This document shows positions 36,857-49,467 of a stretch of 64,000 nt of DNA, piece by piece; position 1 is the stretch's first letter; the number at the start of each line of letters is the position of its first letter. The notes beneath the pieces are model-generated. The model made no database searches. It was not told where the DNA came from and saw nothing but the letters and a program-made list of their open reading frames with translations. A program made the translations under genes and the position numbers. Location: NCBI GenBank assembly GCA_943371385.1, contig CALRUP020000005.1, forward strand, positions 1,365 through 65,364. Reading direction: 5' to 3'. The stretch is from Paenacidovorax caeni (lineage in GTDB: Bacteria; Cyanobacteriota; Cyanobacteriia; PCC-6307; Cyanobiaceae).

Positions 36857-37219
36857 ATGGGTAATCGCTCCTCCTCCTGGGCGCTGATCCTCACCGGCCT
36901 TGTGATACTGGCAGGACAGGCCGCACCTGCCAGAGCCCAGCCTCAGGTCCAGGGCAGCCCGATTCGCTCCCTGCTCGAGAACGGAGCAGGACGACTGTTG
37001 GGGATCTATGACGGGATCCGCCACGTGGAACTGCCCCTCGCCAATGGCAAGGCCGTGATCGGTCTGAACTGTGAGCGTCAGACCTGGACCCTGTTCAGGA
37101 TCGAGCGCAACGGGCGGGAGGTGTACAGCTTCGGCAACGATCCCAAGTGGGGCTACCAACCGGCGGGCCCCATTGCCACCTCACGCCTATGCACGGATGC
37201 GGTTCGTGTGGCTGAGTGA
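36857..37219 (+). CDS. Secreted hypothetical protein (2 Cys)
   Basis: Signal peptide ending ARA-Q; plausible codon usage. Confidence 0.55.
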   Translation: MGNRSSSWALILTGLVILAGQAAPARAQPQVQGSPIRSLLENGAGRLLGIYDGIRHVELPLANGKAVIGLNCERQTWTLFRIERNGREVYSFGNDPKWGYQPAGPIATSRLCTDAVRVAE

Positions 37220-37342
37220 GGCCAGGCAAGCCTTGAGGTCCAGCCTCCGGCCGCATTCATTTTTCGGGAGTCAGCGGGAGCCCGTCGGCAAAGGTTGGGT
37301 TGCCCGACAGGACGGCCAAACCCGCCAGGGCAAGCGGCGGCC

Positions 37343-37777
37343 GTGATCAACAGTGACGTTCGGGGCAGCAGGTCCCGAGGGGAAGCAAGGATTGCCGCGA
37401 TCTGCGCGGGCGGTCTGTTTCTGTTCCTGTCGGCTGTCGCGCTGGCAGGAGCTGACCGACCACCACCCCCCCGGTTCGGGGGGCTGGTGGTCGCGTTCGG
37501 TGTGATCTCCGGGGTGGCGTATCGCCGCTTGAGGAAGCGGCTTTCCCATCGCCGCCTGACGAGTGCCGATCAGGCGTTCGGCGCTGCCTGCGAGGGGTGG
37601 GTCGCAGGTCTTGGCTTCGCGCTGTTCGTATTGGTTGCGGGGGGCGGGGAGCCGGGGGTGATGCCATCCCTACACGCTCGGCTGATCTGGTTCGGCGTGA
37701 TGGGGGCCCTGGGAGCCTGCGCAGCCCTCGTGCTCTGGTGGATCGCGGCACGCCTGCAGCGACGCCTTCCGCCCTGA
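37343..37777 (+). CDS. Hypothetical four-TM membrane protein
   Basis: Four hydrophobic segments. Start uncertain. Confidence 0.5.
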   Translation: MINSDVRGSRSRGEARIAAICAGGLFLFLSAVALAGADRPPPPRFGGLVVAFGVISGVAYRRLRKRLSHRRLTSADQAFGAACEGWVAGLGFALFVLVAGGGEPGVMPSLHARLIWFGVMGALGACAALVLWWIAARLQRRLPP

Positions 37778-38206
37778 TCAGCGCCGTTCCAACGTGAGCG
37801 TGAAGACCGCACGGCCCCCGACCCGTGCGGCGTCCCCCTCCATGAGCACCGAGGCGCGCCAGCGCCCGGTCTCGCTCAGCAGCATCTGCAGGCCGTCCGC
37901 GCCAGGGCGGGCCCCATCCAGCACCATCGCCCCGGAGGGCGCCTCGAGGGCCAGCACAAGGGTCCGGGTCGGGTCGTCCAGGCGCACAAGCAGCCGTTCT
38001 CCCTTGCGGGCGGCGAAGGCGAAGACCGGGTGGTCGTAGGCGAGCACCCGGTCTTCCACGCGCACGGTCGTGCCCGGGGCAAGGGTGAGCACCCGGGGTT
38101 CCCGATCCGGTGGCGGCGGGATGGCACGAGAGGGCACTCCCGTCATCGAAAGGAGCAGGGCGGACAGACCAACCAAAGCCCGATTCACTGCTGAATCCCT
38201 CACCAA
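37778..38206 (-). CDS. Secreted PliG/PPC-like protein 2
   Basis: L.PG....V...VLAYD...F.F.ARKGE.L.V...L..TG.W...VLM..DAAR. Confidence 0.55.
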   Translation of the reverse strand: MVRDSAVNRALVGLSALLLSMTGVPSRAIPPPPDREPRVLTLAPGTTVRVEDRVLAYDHPVFAFAARKGERLLVRLDDPTRTLVLALEAPSGAMVLDGARPGADGLQMLLSETGRWRASVLMEGDAARVGGRAVFTLTLERR

Positions 38207-38217
38207 GGGCTGAGGCC

Positions 38218-38973
38218 TCAGCCCCCCACCACCAGGGCGTCGACAATTTCATAACGCTCGAAGTTCTCCCCAAGCAGCAGCACCGACACATCGCCGCGCC
38301 GCTGCACCGAGAGCTTCTCTGGCTGATCAGAAGCGACGGCCTTGCCCTTCACGAACAGGAACTGCCGTTTCTGACCCTCGGGGTTCATGACCACCACCGT
38401 GGCGCTGTTGTTGGCCCGGCGGATCACCGAAGCCTTGCAGCGGGCGGCCTTACCGCTGCTGCTTCCAGACACACAGGGCACCTCCGCTGAGGCGTGATAG
38501 CGAGTGCCGGGGATCAGGGCATCTCGGGCAGCGGGCACGGGGGCGATGGGAACACCGCCGATCCAGACCTTCAGGCTGTAGGTGCTGGTTTCGTTGCGGC
38601 GCGCCGCCGGGCGCATCAGGTACACACGCACCCTGACGTCACCGTCGCTGGGCAGGAGCCCCCGGAAGCGGTTGCCTGAGCTGCTGCCGATGAACAGGGC
38701 GTTGGCGGTTCCGGCCGCCAGCACGTTGAAGTAGTTCTGCGGGTTGGAGCCCTTGAGCTCCACCGTCAGGGTCTGGCCGGCACCGGCCCGCAGTTTGTAG
38801 TCGACGGTCTGGTCACCTTTGAGCTGGCCCTTGAGCAGGGTGGAACTGGCTCCAGCAGGGAACGTGACCCTCCGGCTCTCGATCGCCACCTGGGCCAGGG
38901 CACCTCCAACCGGCGGGCTCAGGGCCACCAGGCCAGCGGCGACAACAGCACAGGCAGCCCGCATCGGAACCAT
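38218..38973 (-). CDS. Secreted PliG/PPC-like protein 3 with an extra C-terminal Cys-pair domain
   Basis: VTFPAG.SS..LKGQLKG....DY.LRA.AGQ...LPSDG...VRVYLMRPAARRN, then GT.YHA...VPC...C.A.V.R. Confidence 0.65.
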   Translation of the reverse strand: MVPMRAACAVVAAGLVALSPPVGGALAQVAIESRRVTFPAGASSTLLKGQLKGDQTVDYKLRAGAGQTLTVELKGSNPQNYFNVLAAGTANALFIGSSSGNRFRGLLPSDGDVRVRVYLMRPAARRNETSTYSLKVWIGGVPIAPVPAARDALIPGTRYHASAEVPCVSGSSSGKAARCKASVIRRANNSATVVVMNPEGQKRQFLFVKGKAVASDQPEKLSVQRRGDVSVLLLGENFERYEIVDALVVGG

Positions 38974-39100
38974 CAGGTAGAGGGTCAGATCAACCTAGTC
39001 CGACCTACCGGTACGACAAAACAGGGCTGTCAATTGGAGAAACGTGGTGGCATCGAAACCCGGTACTCTCTCGGAGTTGAAGGAAGGCACGATCACCGCC

Positions 39101-39496
39101 ATGAAACCCAGCTCCGCTGCCGTCTTCGCCCTCAGCCTCCTGACCCTGGCCCTCCTCAAGGACCTGAGTCAGCCGGCACTGGCGGCACCACCCTGGCTGA
39201 AGTGCACTTTCTCGGAACCCACCCCCACCGATCCCACCAAGCTGGCGAGCTGGCACATGTTGAGTCAGGAAGCCAGGAAGAGCGTTGAGTTCGTCAACAC
39301 CCGTGGTGAACGAAGAACCCTCAGTGCCCTCTATACCCCCAGCCAGATTCTCTTCATCTATCCCAAACAGATCAGCCGGGATGTCAGCTATGAGATCGAA
39401 TTTCGCCTCAATCGCAAGACGCTCGCCATCACCAAGCAGGTGAGCAACGAACCGGGCAGCTCCAGCGGAACCTGCGCCTTCGCACCGGCCCCTTGA
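39101..39496 (+). CDS. Secreted hypothetical protein (2 Cys)
   Basis: RBS AAGGAAGG, signal peptide ending ALA-A, and INR.T/LNRKT-like beta motif. Confidence 0.55.
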   Translation: MKPSSAAVFALSLLTLALLKDLSQPALAAPPWLKCTFSEPTPTDPTKLASWHMLSQEARKSVEFVNTRGERRTLSALYTPSQILFIYPKQISRDVSYEIEFRLNRKTLAITKQVSNEPGSSSGTCAFAPAP

Positions 39497-41214
39497 GCAG
39501 CGGGAGCCGGCGATGGTGCGCCTCGCTGCTGGGCGTGCTTGCCCTGACCTTCAGCCTGCTGCTGCCGGTCGCCTCGGCGTCGCTGCCCGGGATGGCCAGC
39601 ATCTCCGGCCCTGAGGCTTCACAGTCCTCCACCCCCACCGCGGCCGGCAGCTACGAGCTGGCCAATGTGCGCATCCTCTCCGTCCCGGCCCTCACCGTGG
39701 CCTCACCGGTGGTGACGGAGGCGAAGTCAGGTCCCGCCGCATCCCGTCGGGCGGAGGTGATCGAGGGCAACCTCTCCCTCCTCTATGCCCCCCAGCCGAT
39801 CTGCACCAACAGTGAGGCCATCAGCGAGGAGGTGCTGGAGGGACTGGTGCTGAAAGGCAGCGATCGGGCCTGCGCCGGCGCCCGCTGGGGCGTGCGCGGC
39901 CATCCCGATGATCTCCGCATCGAAGTCCGCCGCAATGGCAACGGCCCCACCGTGCTCGAAGCCCGGCTGCCGGACCACCCGCAGCCCCTCCCTCTGCTGA
40001 CGGTCACGGAGGCCGATGCCCGGCTCAATGGGGTGAGCAGCGATGTGCTGGCGGGCCGCTGGCGCTCGCTGCTGGAGCGCCGCCTGCGCCATGCCCGCCG
40101 AACGATGGAAGAGAACGCCCTCGAGCGTCGACTGCAGATCACCCTGCTGATCGAACTGGGGCTGGCGGCCCTGCTGACCCTCGCCCTCTTGTTGCTCGGC
40201 CAGAGCCGTCGCTTCGCCCAGCGGCTGCAGGAAGCCAGTGCGTCGCTGCCGCCCACGCCGCGACGGCAGCTCACGCTGCAGCTCAGCCATGGGATCGCCA
40301 ATCTGCTGTTCCTGCTGGTGCTCGGCCAGCTGGTGGTGATGCTGGGGCTGGCGGTGATGGCCTTTCCCGGGCAGATCCCCCTGGGGCTGGCCCTGGTGAT
40401 GCAGCCCTTCGGTGCCCTGGTGAAGGTGCTGGTGATGGGGCTGCTGGCGGCGGCCCTGCGGCTGCTGGCCAACTTCCTCCTGCACCAATGGGCCGGCAGC
40501 CTGCATGTGCCCGTGGAGCAACGGGCCCGCCGCGACCAGCGCTACCGGAGCCTGCTGCGGGTGTCCCACCGGCTGATCAATCTGACCAGTATCGCCATCG
40601 TGTCGGTCTGGATCCTGGTCGGGATCCCCGGCGTCCAGGAGGCCTCTTCAACCGCCCTGCTGGCGGGCGGTGCCCTGATCGGCGGCCTGGCCTTCGTGTT
40701 CCAGGGGCTGCTGCGGGACTTCGTCGCCGGCCTGCTGGTGCTCCTCGATGATCGCTACGCCATCGGCGACTGGGTGGAGCTGGGCGGCAACGAGGGGGAG
40801 GTGGAGGATGTGGGGGTCCTGAGCACCGAGCTCCGCTGCACCGACCAGCGGGTGGTGGTGATTCAGAACAGCAGCTTCGATCGGGTGATCAACCACACCA
40901 AGTTCGCCTCCGGCGCCGATGTGAGGCTGCAGCTCTCCCCCGAGATCGACGACATCAACCGGGCCCTCGCCGTCTTCGCCGATGTGCTGGCGGGGTTCAG
41001 TGCCGACCCTGACTGGAACGGCCGGCTGCTGAAGCAACCATGGCTGCGGGGGGTGAATGCGATCACCCCAATAGGCATCGAGATCAGCGTGGTTCTGACC
41101 ACCCGCTCCGGCGAGCAATGGCTCTGCAGTCGGGAGCTGCAGCGACGGCTGCTCGAGGAGCTCCAGCGGGCCCGGATTCCCCTGGCTAGGAGCTGGCCTA
41201 CGGATCCAGTCTGA
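39493..41214 (+). CDS. Mechanosensitive channel (MscS family) with a large extracytoplasmic N-domain
   Basis: FVFQGLLRDFVAG, DDRYAIGDWV, G.VE.VG..ST.LR and IQNSSF..V.N. Confidence 0.88.
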   Translation: MSSGSRRWCASLLGVLALTFSLLLPVASASLPGMASISGPEASQSSTPTAAGSYELANVRILSVPALTVASPVVTEAKSGPAASRRAEVIEGNLSLLYAPQPICTNSEAISEEVLEGLVLKGSDRACAGARWGVRGHPDDLRIEVRRNGNGPTVLEARLPDHPQPLPLLTVTEADARLNGVSSDVLAGRWRSLLERRLRHARRTMEENALERRLQITLLIELGLAALLTLALLLLGQSRRFAQRLQEASASLPPTPRRQLTLQLSHGIANLLFLLVLGQLVVMLGLAVMAFPGQIPLGLALVMQPFGALVKVLVMGLLAAALRLLANFLLHQWAGSLHVPVEQRARRDQRYRSLLRVSHRLINLTSIAIVSVWILVGIPGVQEASSTALLAGGALIGGLAFVFQGLLRDFVAGLLVLLDDRYAIGDWVELGGNEGEVEDVGVLSTELRCTDQRVVVIQNSSFDRVINHTKFASGADVRLQLSPEIDDINRALAVFADVLAGFSADPDWNGRLLKQPWLRGVNAITPIGIEISVVLTTRSGEQWLCSRELQRRLLEELQRARIPLARSWPTDPV

Positions 41215-41220
41215 ACGGCA

Positions 41221-43241
41221 TCAGGCGGCCTCGAGCCTCCAGCCGCCATGGCCATCGAGCCGCAGAAGGCGCTGATGGAACTCCCGCAGGCTGGGGCGAT
41301 GCCCCACGCTGATCACGGCGATGCCATGGCGTTGGAGCAGCCCATAGAGCTGGCGCTCGGCGTCGAGATCCAGGGCACTGGTGGCCTCATCGAGCAGCAC
41401 GAACGGGCGGGCCGCCAGCAGCAGGCGGGCAAAGCCGAGCCGTTGCTGCTCACCGCCGGAGAGCAGCCGCGCCCAATCCTCCTGGGCCCCCAGATCCGGG
41501 TAGCGCTCCCCCAGGGAGCTGAGGCCCGCATCGGCCATCGCTTCACGCAGGACGCCATCCGGCAGTGGTGGCGCCTCCAGTGGCAAGCCATAAAGCAGCT
41601 GCTCCCGCAGACTGCCCAGGGTCATGTAGGGAGCCTGGGGCAGCACCATCCATTCGGACGGGGATGGTCCGCTGAAGGAGCCGGCGGCGGCGGGGGCCAG
41701 CCCGCAAAGCACCCGCAACAGGCTGGTCTTGCCGCAGCCACTGGGGCCGCTGATCAGGAGCCGCTCCCCCCGCTCCAGGCGTAGATCGAGGCGCTCGATC
41801 AGGAGTGGGCCGCCCCCCGGATCCGCCACGCTGAGCTGGCAAAGCTCCAGCCTGGGCCGCTCCGGAGCGCGCCCTGGTGCGGCGATGGCGCCAGGGGGAT
41901 TGGCGCCCGGGGGACTTGCATGGGTGGGCCGGGGGCGATCCGCCATGGCGCCGCGCAGTTCGCCGATCCGGTGCAGGCTGGCGAACAGGCTGGAGAAATC
42001 ATCGGCGCGCACGATCAGAAACGACAACGCCGCCTGCACCTGGCCGAAGGCGATGCTGCCGACCGTGAGCTGGCCGAGGCTGACGCGGCCACTGAAATAG
42101 GCGCCCGAGAGCACCAGGTAGGGCACGAACTGCATCAGGAAGCCGTAGAGCCCCGTGCCCTGATCCACCAGTGCCCGCCAGCGGATCACCCGCTCGAGGT
42201 TGAGCAGCACACGGGCGAAACGGCCCCGCAGCCCCCGCGCTTCTCGGGCCTCGCCGCGCAGGAAAGCGATGCTTTCGCCGTGGTTGCGCACATGCATCAA
42301 GGCGAAGCGGAAATCGGCCTCGAGCGATTGCTGGCGAAAGCCCAGCGTGGCCAGCCGCCGCACCAGCTGCACGATCACACCGTTGCCCAGCACGGTGGCC
42401 ACCAGCAGGGTCAGCACCAACAGTCCACTGATCTGGAACAGCACCAGCACGTAGGCCGCCAGGGACAGCAACGAGGTGCAGAACCCGAAGAACAGATCAG
42501 TGGAACTGAACACCGCCCGTTGGATGTCATCGGCGATGCGCTGGTCGGGGTTGTCGATTCCGCCGACGCCGGCGGCTCGGCTCTCCAGGTGGTAGTAGTT
42601 CTGACCGCTCAGGTAGGCGTCAGAGAGCACGGTGGTGGTGCGGTCGCGCCAGGCCAGGGCAAAGCGCTGCTGGCCGTAGCTGTTGAGGTACTGAACCGGC
42701 AGGGTGACCAGATAGATCGCCGTCAGGCCCGCCGCCGTGCCCCAGAAACGCTCGGCGCTGCGCACATTGAGCGCCTCCATCACCGCCCCATTGCCCTCGG
42801 TGAAGGCCACATCCACCGCCGTGGCCACCACCAGCACCAGCACCAGAGCGGCCAGGGCGAGCCAGCGCCGGGCCAGCACCCGACCCAGCCGCCGGGCCGC
42901 CAGCCAGGCCCCCAGCAGCCCCGCCAGGGTCAGCCCCACGGCCAGCAGGCGGATCTGGGCACTGCCGGAGAGGTTCAGGGCCGAGCGCAGGTAGGGGAAG
43001 GCCAGATCGAGGCGGGCCTGGCCGAGGACCGCATCCAGAAGCTGGGCCGCAGCGCCGATCACCAGGGCCGACAGCCCCAGGGCCAGGGCGACCGCCACCA
43101 GCAGCAGAACGGCAAAAGCCAGCAGCGGGCGCTGGGGGGCCTGGGGGGGCTGGGAGAGCTGGGGCTGGCGGTGGCGGGCCGGCAGCAGAAAATCCGCGGC
43201 CAGTTGCCGAAACTCGACGGCAAAGGTGACCAGCCTCGGGC

Positions 43242-43245
<4 letters not shown>
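41221..43245 (-). CDS. Fused ABC transporter, ABCD/YddA/SbmA-like
   Basis: DNPDQRI, EAD(F)R EAA-like loop, Walker A GPSGCGKT, LSGGEQQR, Walker B LLDEATSALD and SVGHR. Confidence 0.9.
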
Positions 43246-45773
<2,528 letters not shown>

Positions 45774-46159
45774 GCTGGGGCCAGCATCTGGCTCACCCTA
45801 TGCACCAAACATCCACCTAATCGTGCGTGGGCGGAGCGACGGGAAGGAGCAGCCCTGAAGATGAACCCCGTCCCCCAACATGACCGGCGCCGAAGACGGC
45901 GACAAAGACGACGACAATGACGGTGCCGGGCAGCAGGGTCCCTGGCCCAGCCAGTCTCACCCAGCCCATCCTCTTGGGGATGACATGAAGAGCAGGCTGG
46001 TTGGCTGGGCGCCCGGCACCATTGTCATCAACCGCTGCGTTCGGATTCCCCGGTTTAGTGGACATCAACGACACACCTAAGGACGCCAACCATGGGGCGC
46101 TGGCCACCAACCTGCTGGCGCTGTTGGCGGCGCCCATCCCCCATGGCTGGCAGTGGGCC

Positions 46160-46474
46160 AGCTTCGGAATCGCCCTGCTCACCTCCCAGCTGAGCCACCA
46201 CGAGGCCCAGCACCGGGCCCGCCTCACCGAGGCCGCCGGCGCCCTGGACACGGGCCTGCGCGAGCGCCTCGAAGCCCTGCAGCTGATGCTCCAGCAGCAG
46301 GGGGTGGATCCGGAGCTGGCCGCCCGCCGCGCCCTCAAGCTGGTGGATCAGAGCCTTGACGGCCAGGCGGCCCTGCTGGCCTACGGCGATGTGTTCCATC
46401 TGCTGGCGCTGGTGTTCCTGGCGGCCATCCCCCTGGTCTTGCTGCTGCGCGCCCCCCGCCGGCTGCAGCCATGA
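46160..46474 (+). pseudogene. C-terminal remnant of a DHA2 (EmrB/QacA) efflux permease
   Basis: SFGIALL...H...L...QA.LLAYGDVF..L..VF....PL.LL. The stop overlaps the next ATG; no N-terminal 12 TM. Confidence 0.65.
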
Positions 46475-47721
46475 AGACGCCTCTGAACCCACCGGTGGTG
46501 ATCGTGGGCGCTGGTCCGGCCGGCGCCAGCCTGGCCCTGCAGCTGGCCCGCGCCGGGGTGCCCGTCACCTTGATCGAGGCCACCGGGGAGTTCAGCCGCC
46601 AGTTCCGCGGCGAAGCGCTGATGCCCTCGGGCCTGGAGGCCCTGGCTGCCATGGGGCTGGCGGACCTGCTGGCGAAGCTGCCGCAGCGTGAACTTGAGGG
46701 CTGGAGCTTCTGGATCAATGGCCGGGAGCTGTTCAGCGCCGATGAACCGCTCGGATCGGCCCGCCCCTGCACCCTGGTTTCCCAGGGCCCCCTGCTGGAG
46801 GCCCTGGTGGAACAGGCCCGGGAGCAGCCCGGATTCACCTGGCTGCCGGGCACATCGATCGCCGATCTGATCGAGCAGGGCGGGCGGATCAGCGGCGTGC
46901 GCCTGGCCGATGGCCGCTGCCTGGAGGCCGCCCTCCTGGTCGGCACCGACGGGCGCCGTTCACTGGTGCGCCAGCGCGCCGGCCTGGCCCTCGACGCCCT
47001 GGGTTCGCCGATCGATGTGCTCTGGTTCCGGCTGCCGAGTGCGCCCGAATTCGAGCAACCGAACCGGTTCACCACCCTGGTGGCCCAAGGGCAGATCTGC
47101 AGCCTTTTCGCCGGCACCAGAGCCGGGGAACTGCAGCTGGGCTGGGTGGCCAGCAAGCCAGACGGCTCGGCGTCATCGAGCGAACGCAGCGCAACGGATT
47201 GGTGCGAAACCTTTGCCCAGCTGGCCCCCGAACCCCTGGCCCAACACCTGCACCGGCAGGCCGGGGCCCTGGTGGGCCCGGTGCGCCTGAACGTGGAGGT
47301 GGGCCGCGCTCCCCTGTGGCACCGCAGCGGGCTGTTGCTGCTGGGGGATGCGGCCCACCCGATGAGCCCGGTGCGCGCCCAGGGCCTGAACATGGCCCTG
47401 CGGGACAGCCTGGTGGCCGCCCAGATGCTGGCCCCGCTCTGGGGGACCGCCACCAGAGCGGGCGGTCAGGGCCCCGATCCAGCCGACATCGATGGGGCCT
47501 TGGGAGGGATCCAGGCGGCCAGGCTCCCTGAGATCACGCGCATTCAGGGTCTTCAGGCCAAGGAGGCGGCCCGGGGCGAACTGCTGCGCTCCCAGGGGTT
47601 CCTGCGCTGCGCCCTGGCCCTGGCGGCGCCGCTGGCGGGTGCGGCGCTGAAACGCCATTGGATCCATCAGCAGCGTGTGCTCCGCGAGGGTCTGCCGTTG
47701 CCAAGCTGCGTGGGATCCTGA
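46471..47721 (+). CDS. FAD-dependent monooxygenase/oxidoreductase
   Basis: IVGAGPAG, GTDGRRS and LLGDAAHPMSPVRAQGLNMALRD. Confidence 0.9.
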   Translation: MKTPLNPPVVIVGAGPAGASLALQLARAGVPVTLIEATGEFSRQFRGEALMPSGLEALAAMGLADLLAKLPQRELEGWSFWINGRELFSADEPLGSARPCTLVSQGPLLEALVEQAREQPGFTWLPGTSIADLIEQGGRISGVRLADGRCLEAALLVGTDGRRSLVRQRAGLALDALGSPIDVLWFRLPSAPEFEQPNRFTTLVAQGQICSLFAGTRAGELQLGWVASKPDGSASSSERSATDWCETFAQLAPEPLAQHLHRQAGALVGPVRLNVEVGRAPLWHRSGLLLLGDAAHPMSPVRAQGLNMALRDSLVAAQMLAPLWGTATRAGGQGPDPADIDGALGGIQAARLPEITRIQGLQAKEAARGELLRSQGFLRCALALAAPLAGAALKRHWIHQQRVLREGLPLPSCVGS

Positions 47722-47744
47722 ACCACCGGCCCAGCGCGTTGCCG

Positions 47745-48386
47745 ATGCCCTCCGACCCGGCTCTTGCGGCCTTCGGCTCCAGCTTCACCGCCATCACCCT
47801 GGCCGAGCTGGGAGACAAGACCTTCTTTGTGGCGCTGCTGCTGGCGGCCCGCCACCGGGCCCGCTGGGTGTTCACCGGAGCCTTCGCCGCCCTGGCGGTG
47901 GTGACCGTGGTCTCCCTGGCCGTCGGCTACGGCCTGCGCAGCCTGCTGCCGGCCAGCCTGGTGCCCTGGCTGGCGGCGGCGCTGTTCGGAGGCTTCGGCC
48001 TCAAGCTATTGATCGATGCCCAGGGTCTGGGCGCGAACGCGGCCGCGGAGGAGGCCGAGGAGGCCGAAGAACTGGTGGAGCAGGCCGAAGCCCGCCATCC
48101 CTCGGCCACGGCCTGGGGCGTGATGCGCGAGGCCTTCGCGCTGGTGTTCATCGCCGAACTGGGGGATCGCACCCAGTTCGCCACGATCTTTCTGGCCACA
48201 GGCCCTGGCTTCGGCTTCGCCGCCCTGCTGGCGGGCAGCCTGCTGGGCCACGCCCTGGTCACGGCCCTGGCGGTGGGGGCGGGCCGTTGGATCGGCCAGC
48301 GGATCAGCGAACGGCTGCTGTTCCAGCTCAGCGGTGGCCTGTTCCTCGTCTTCGCCGCGGTGGCCCTGCGCCAAGCCCTCGCCTGA
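47745..48386 (+). CDS. TMEM165/GDT1 (Mnx-like) Mn2+/Ca2+ transporter
   Basis: Two E-x-G-D-(K/R)-T motifs (AELGDKT and AELGDRTQ). Confidence 0.9.
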   Translation: MPSDPALAAFGSSFTAITLAELGDKTFFVALLLAARHRARWVFTGAFAALAVVTVVSLAVGYGLRSLLPASLVPWLAAALFGGFGLKLLIDAQGLGANAAAEEAEEAEELVEQAEARHPSATAWGVMREAFALVFIAELGDRTQFATIFLATGPGFGFAALLAGSLLGHALVTALAVGAGRWIGQRISERLLFQLSGGLFLVFAAVALRQALA

Positions 48387-48394
48387 ACCGGCCG

Positions 48395-49444
48395 ATGCCC
48401 CCCTCCTCCCCCCACGCCGCTGACCACGATCACAGTCACGACCACAGTCACGGCCATCACCACGACGACAGCGGAGCCCCAGAGGAGAGCGGAGCCCCAG
48501 ACGACAGCCATACCAGTGACGACAGCCATCCCGCCGTGGGGATCCAGCAGCAGCCCCACCCTCGGCAGCACGAGCACAAACCCGGTTCGGCGGCGGCCTT
48601 TCGCTGGAGCATCATCCTCAACAGTGCCCTCTCGGGTCTGCAACTGGCGATCGGCTTCGGCTTCGGCTCCCTTGCCCTCGTCGGTGACGCCGTTCACAAC
48701 CTCGGCGACGTGGCCGGGCTGCTGCTGGGCTGGGGGGCGGAGAGGCTGAGCGCCAGGCCCGCCAGCGAGCGCTTCACCTACGGCTACGGCCGCAGCACCC
48801 AGCTGGCCTCCCTGGTGAACGCGGTCCTGATTTTGATGGCCGCCGCGGTGGTGATCGTCGAAGCGCTGCAGCGGCTGGGGCGGCCGGTGGAGATGTCCAC
48901 CGGGCCCGTGGCCTGGGCCGCCGCCGCCGGCATCGTCGTCAACCTGCTCTCGGCCCGCCTGTTCGGCCATGGGCACCAGCACGACCTCAACCGCCGCGCC
49001 GCCGTGGTGCACCTGCTCACCGACGCGGCCGTTTCGGCGGCGGTGCTGGGCAGCGTTCTGCTGGTGAGCCTGACGGGGTGGAATGTGCTCGATGCGATCA
49101 CCGCGATCGGCGTGGGCCTGGCGGTGGCCTGGAGCGGCTGGTCGTTGCTGAAGGAATCCCTGGCGGTGGCCCTCGACGGGGTGCCCCGGGAGATCGATCG
49201 CCGCTCGGTGGAGGCCACGATCCTGGAGCTGCCGGGGGTGATCGAGGTGCACCACCTGCACATCTGGGGCATGAGCACCTCCCAGAACGCCCTCACCGCC
49301 CACATCATTCGCCGGGCCGACACGACCGACGACATGGCCTTGCTGCATGAGGCCAAACGCCGGCTGGCGGCCCTGGGGATCGCCCACAGCACCCTGCAGC
49401 TGGAGCCGCCCCCCACTGATCTGCCCACTGATCCACCCAGCTGA
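48395..49444 (+). CDS. Cation diffusion facilitator with a His/Asp-rich N-terminus
   Basis: DAVHNLGD, FTYGY.R, HLLTD and HHLHIW; N-terminal HDHSHDHSHGHHH. Confidence 0.9.
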   Translation: MPPSSPHAADHDHSHDHSHGHHHDDSGAPEESGAPDDSHTSDDSHPAVGIQQQPHPRQHEHKPGSAAAFRWSIILNSALSGLQLAIGFGFGSLALVGDAVHNLGDVAGLLLGWGAERLSARPASERFTYGYGRSTQLASLVNAVLILMAAAVVIVEALQRLGRPVEMSTGPVAWAAAAGIVVNLLSARLFGHGHQHDLNRRAAVVHLLTDAAVSAAVLGSVLLVSLTGWNVLDAITAIGVGLAVAWSGWSLLKESLAVALDGVPREIDRRSVEATILELPGVIEVHHLHIWGMSTSQNALTAHIIRRADTTDDMALLHEAKRRLAALGIAHSTLQLEPPPTDLPTDPPS

Positions 49445-49467
49445 AGCCCGCCTGTGCCGCCCCACCG

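Noticed and set aside
34811-38973. 'DNA breaking-rejoining' or peptidase function for the PliG/PPC-like proteins
   Set aside because: They have signal peptides and no tyrosine-recombinase or protease catalytic motifs.
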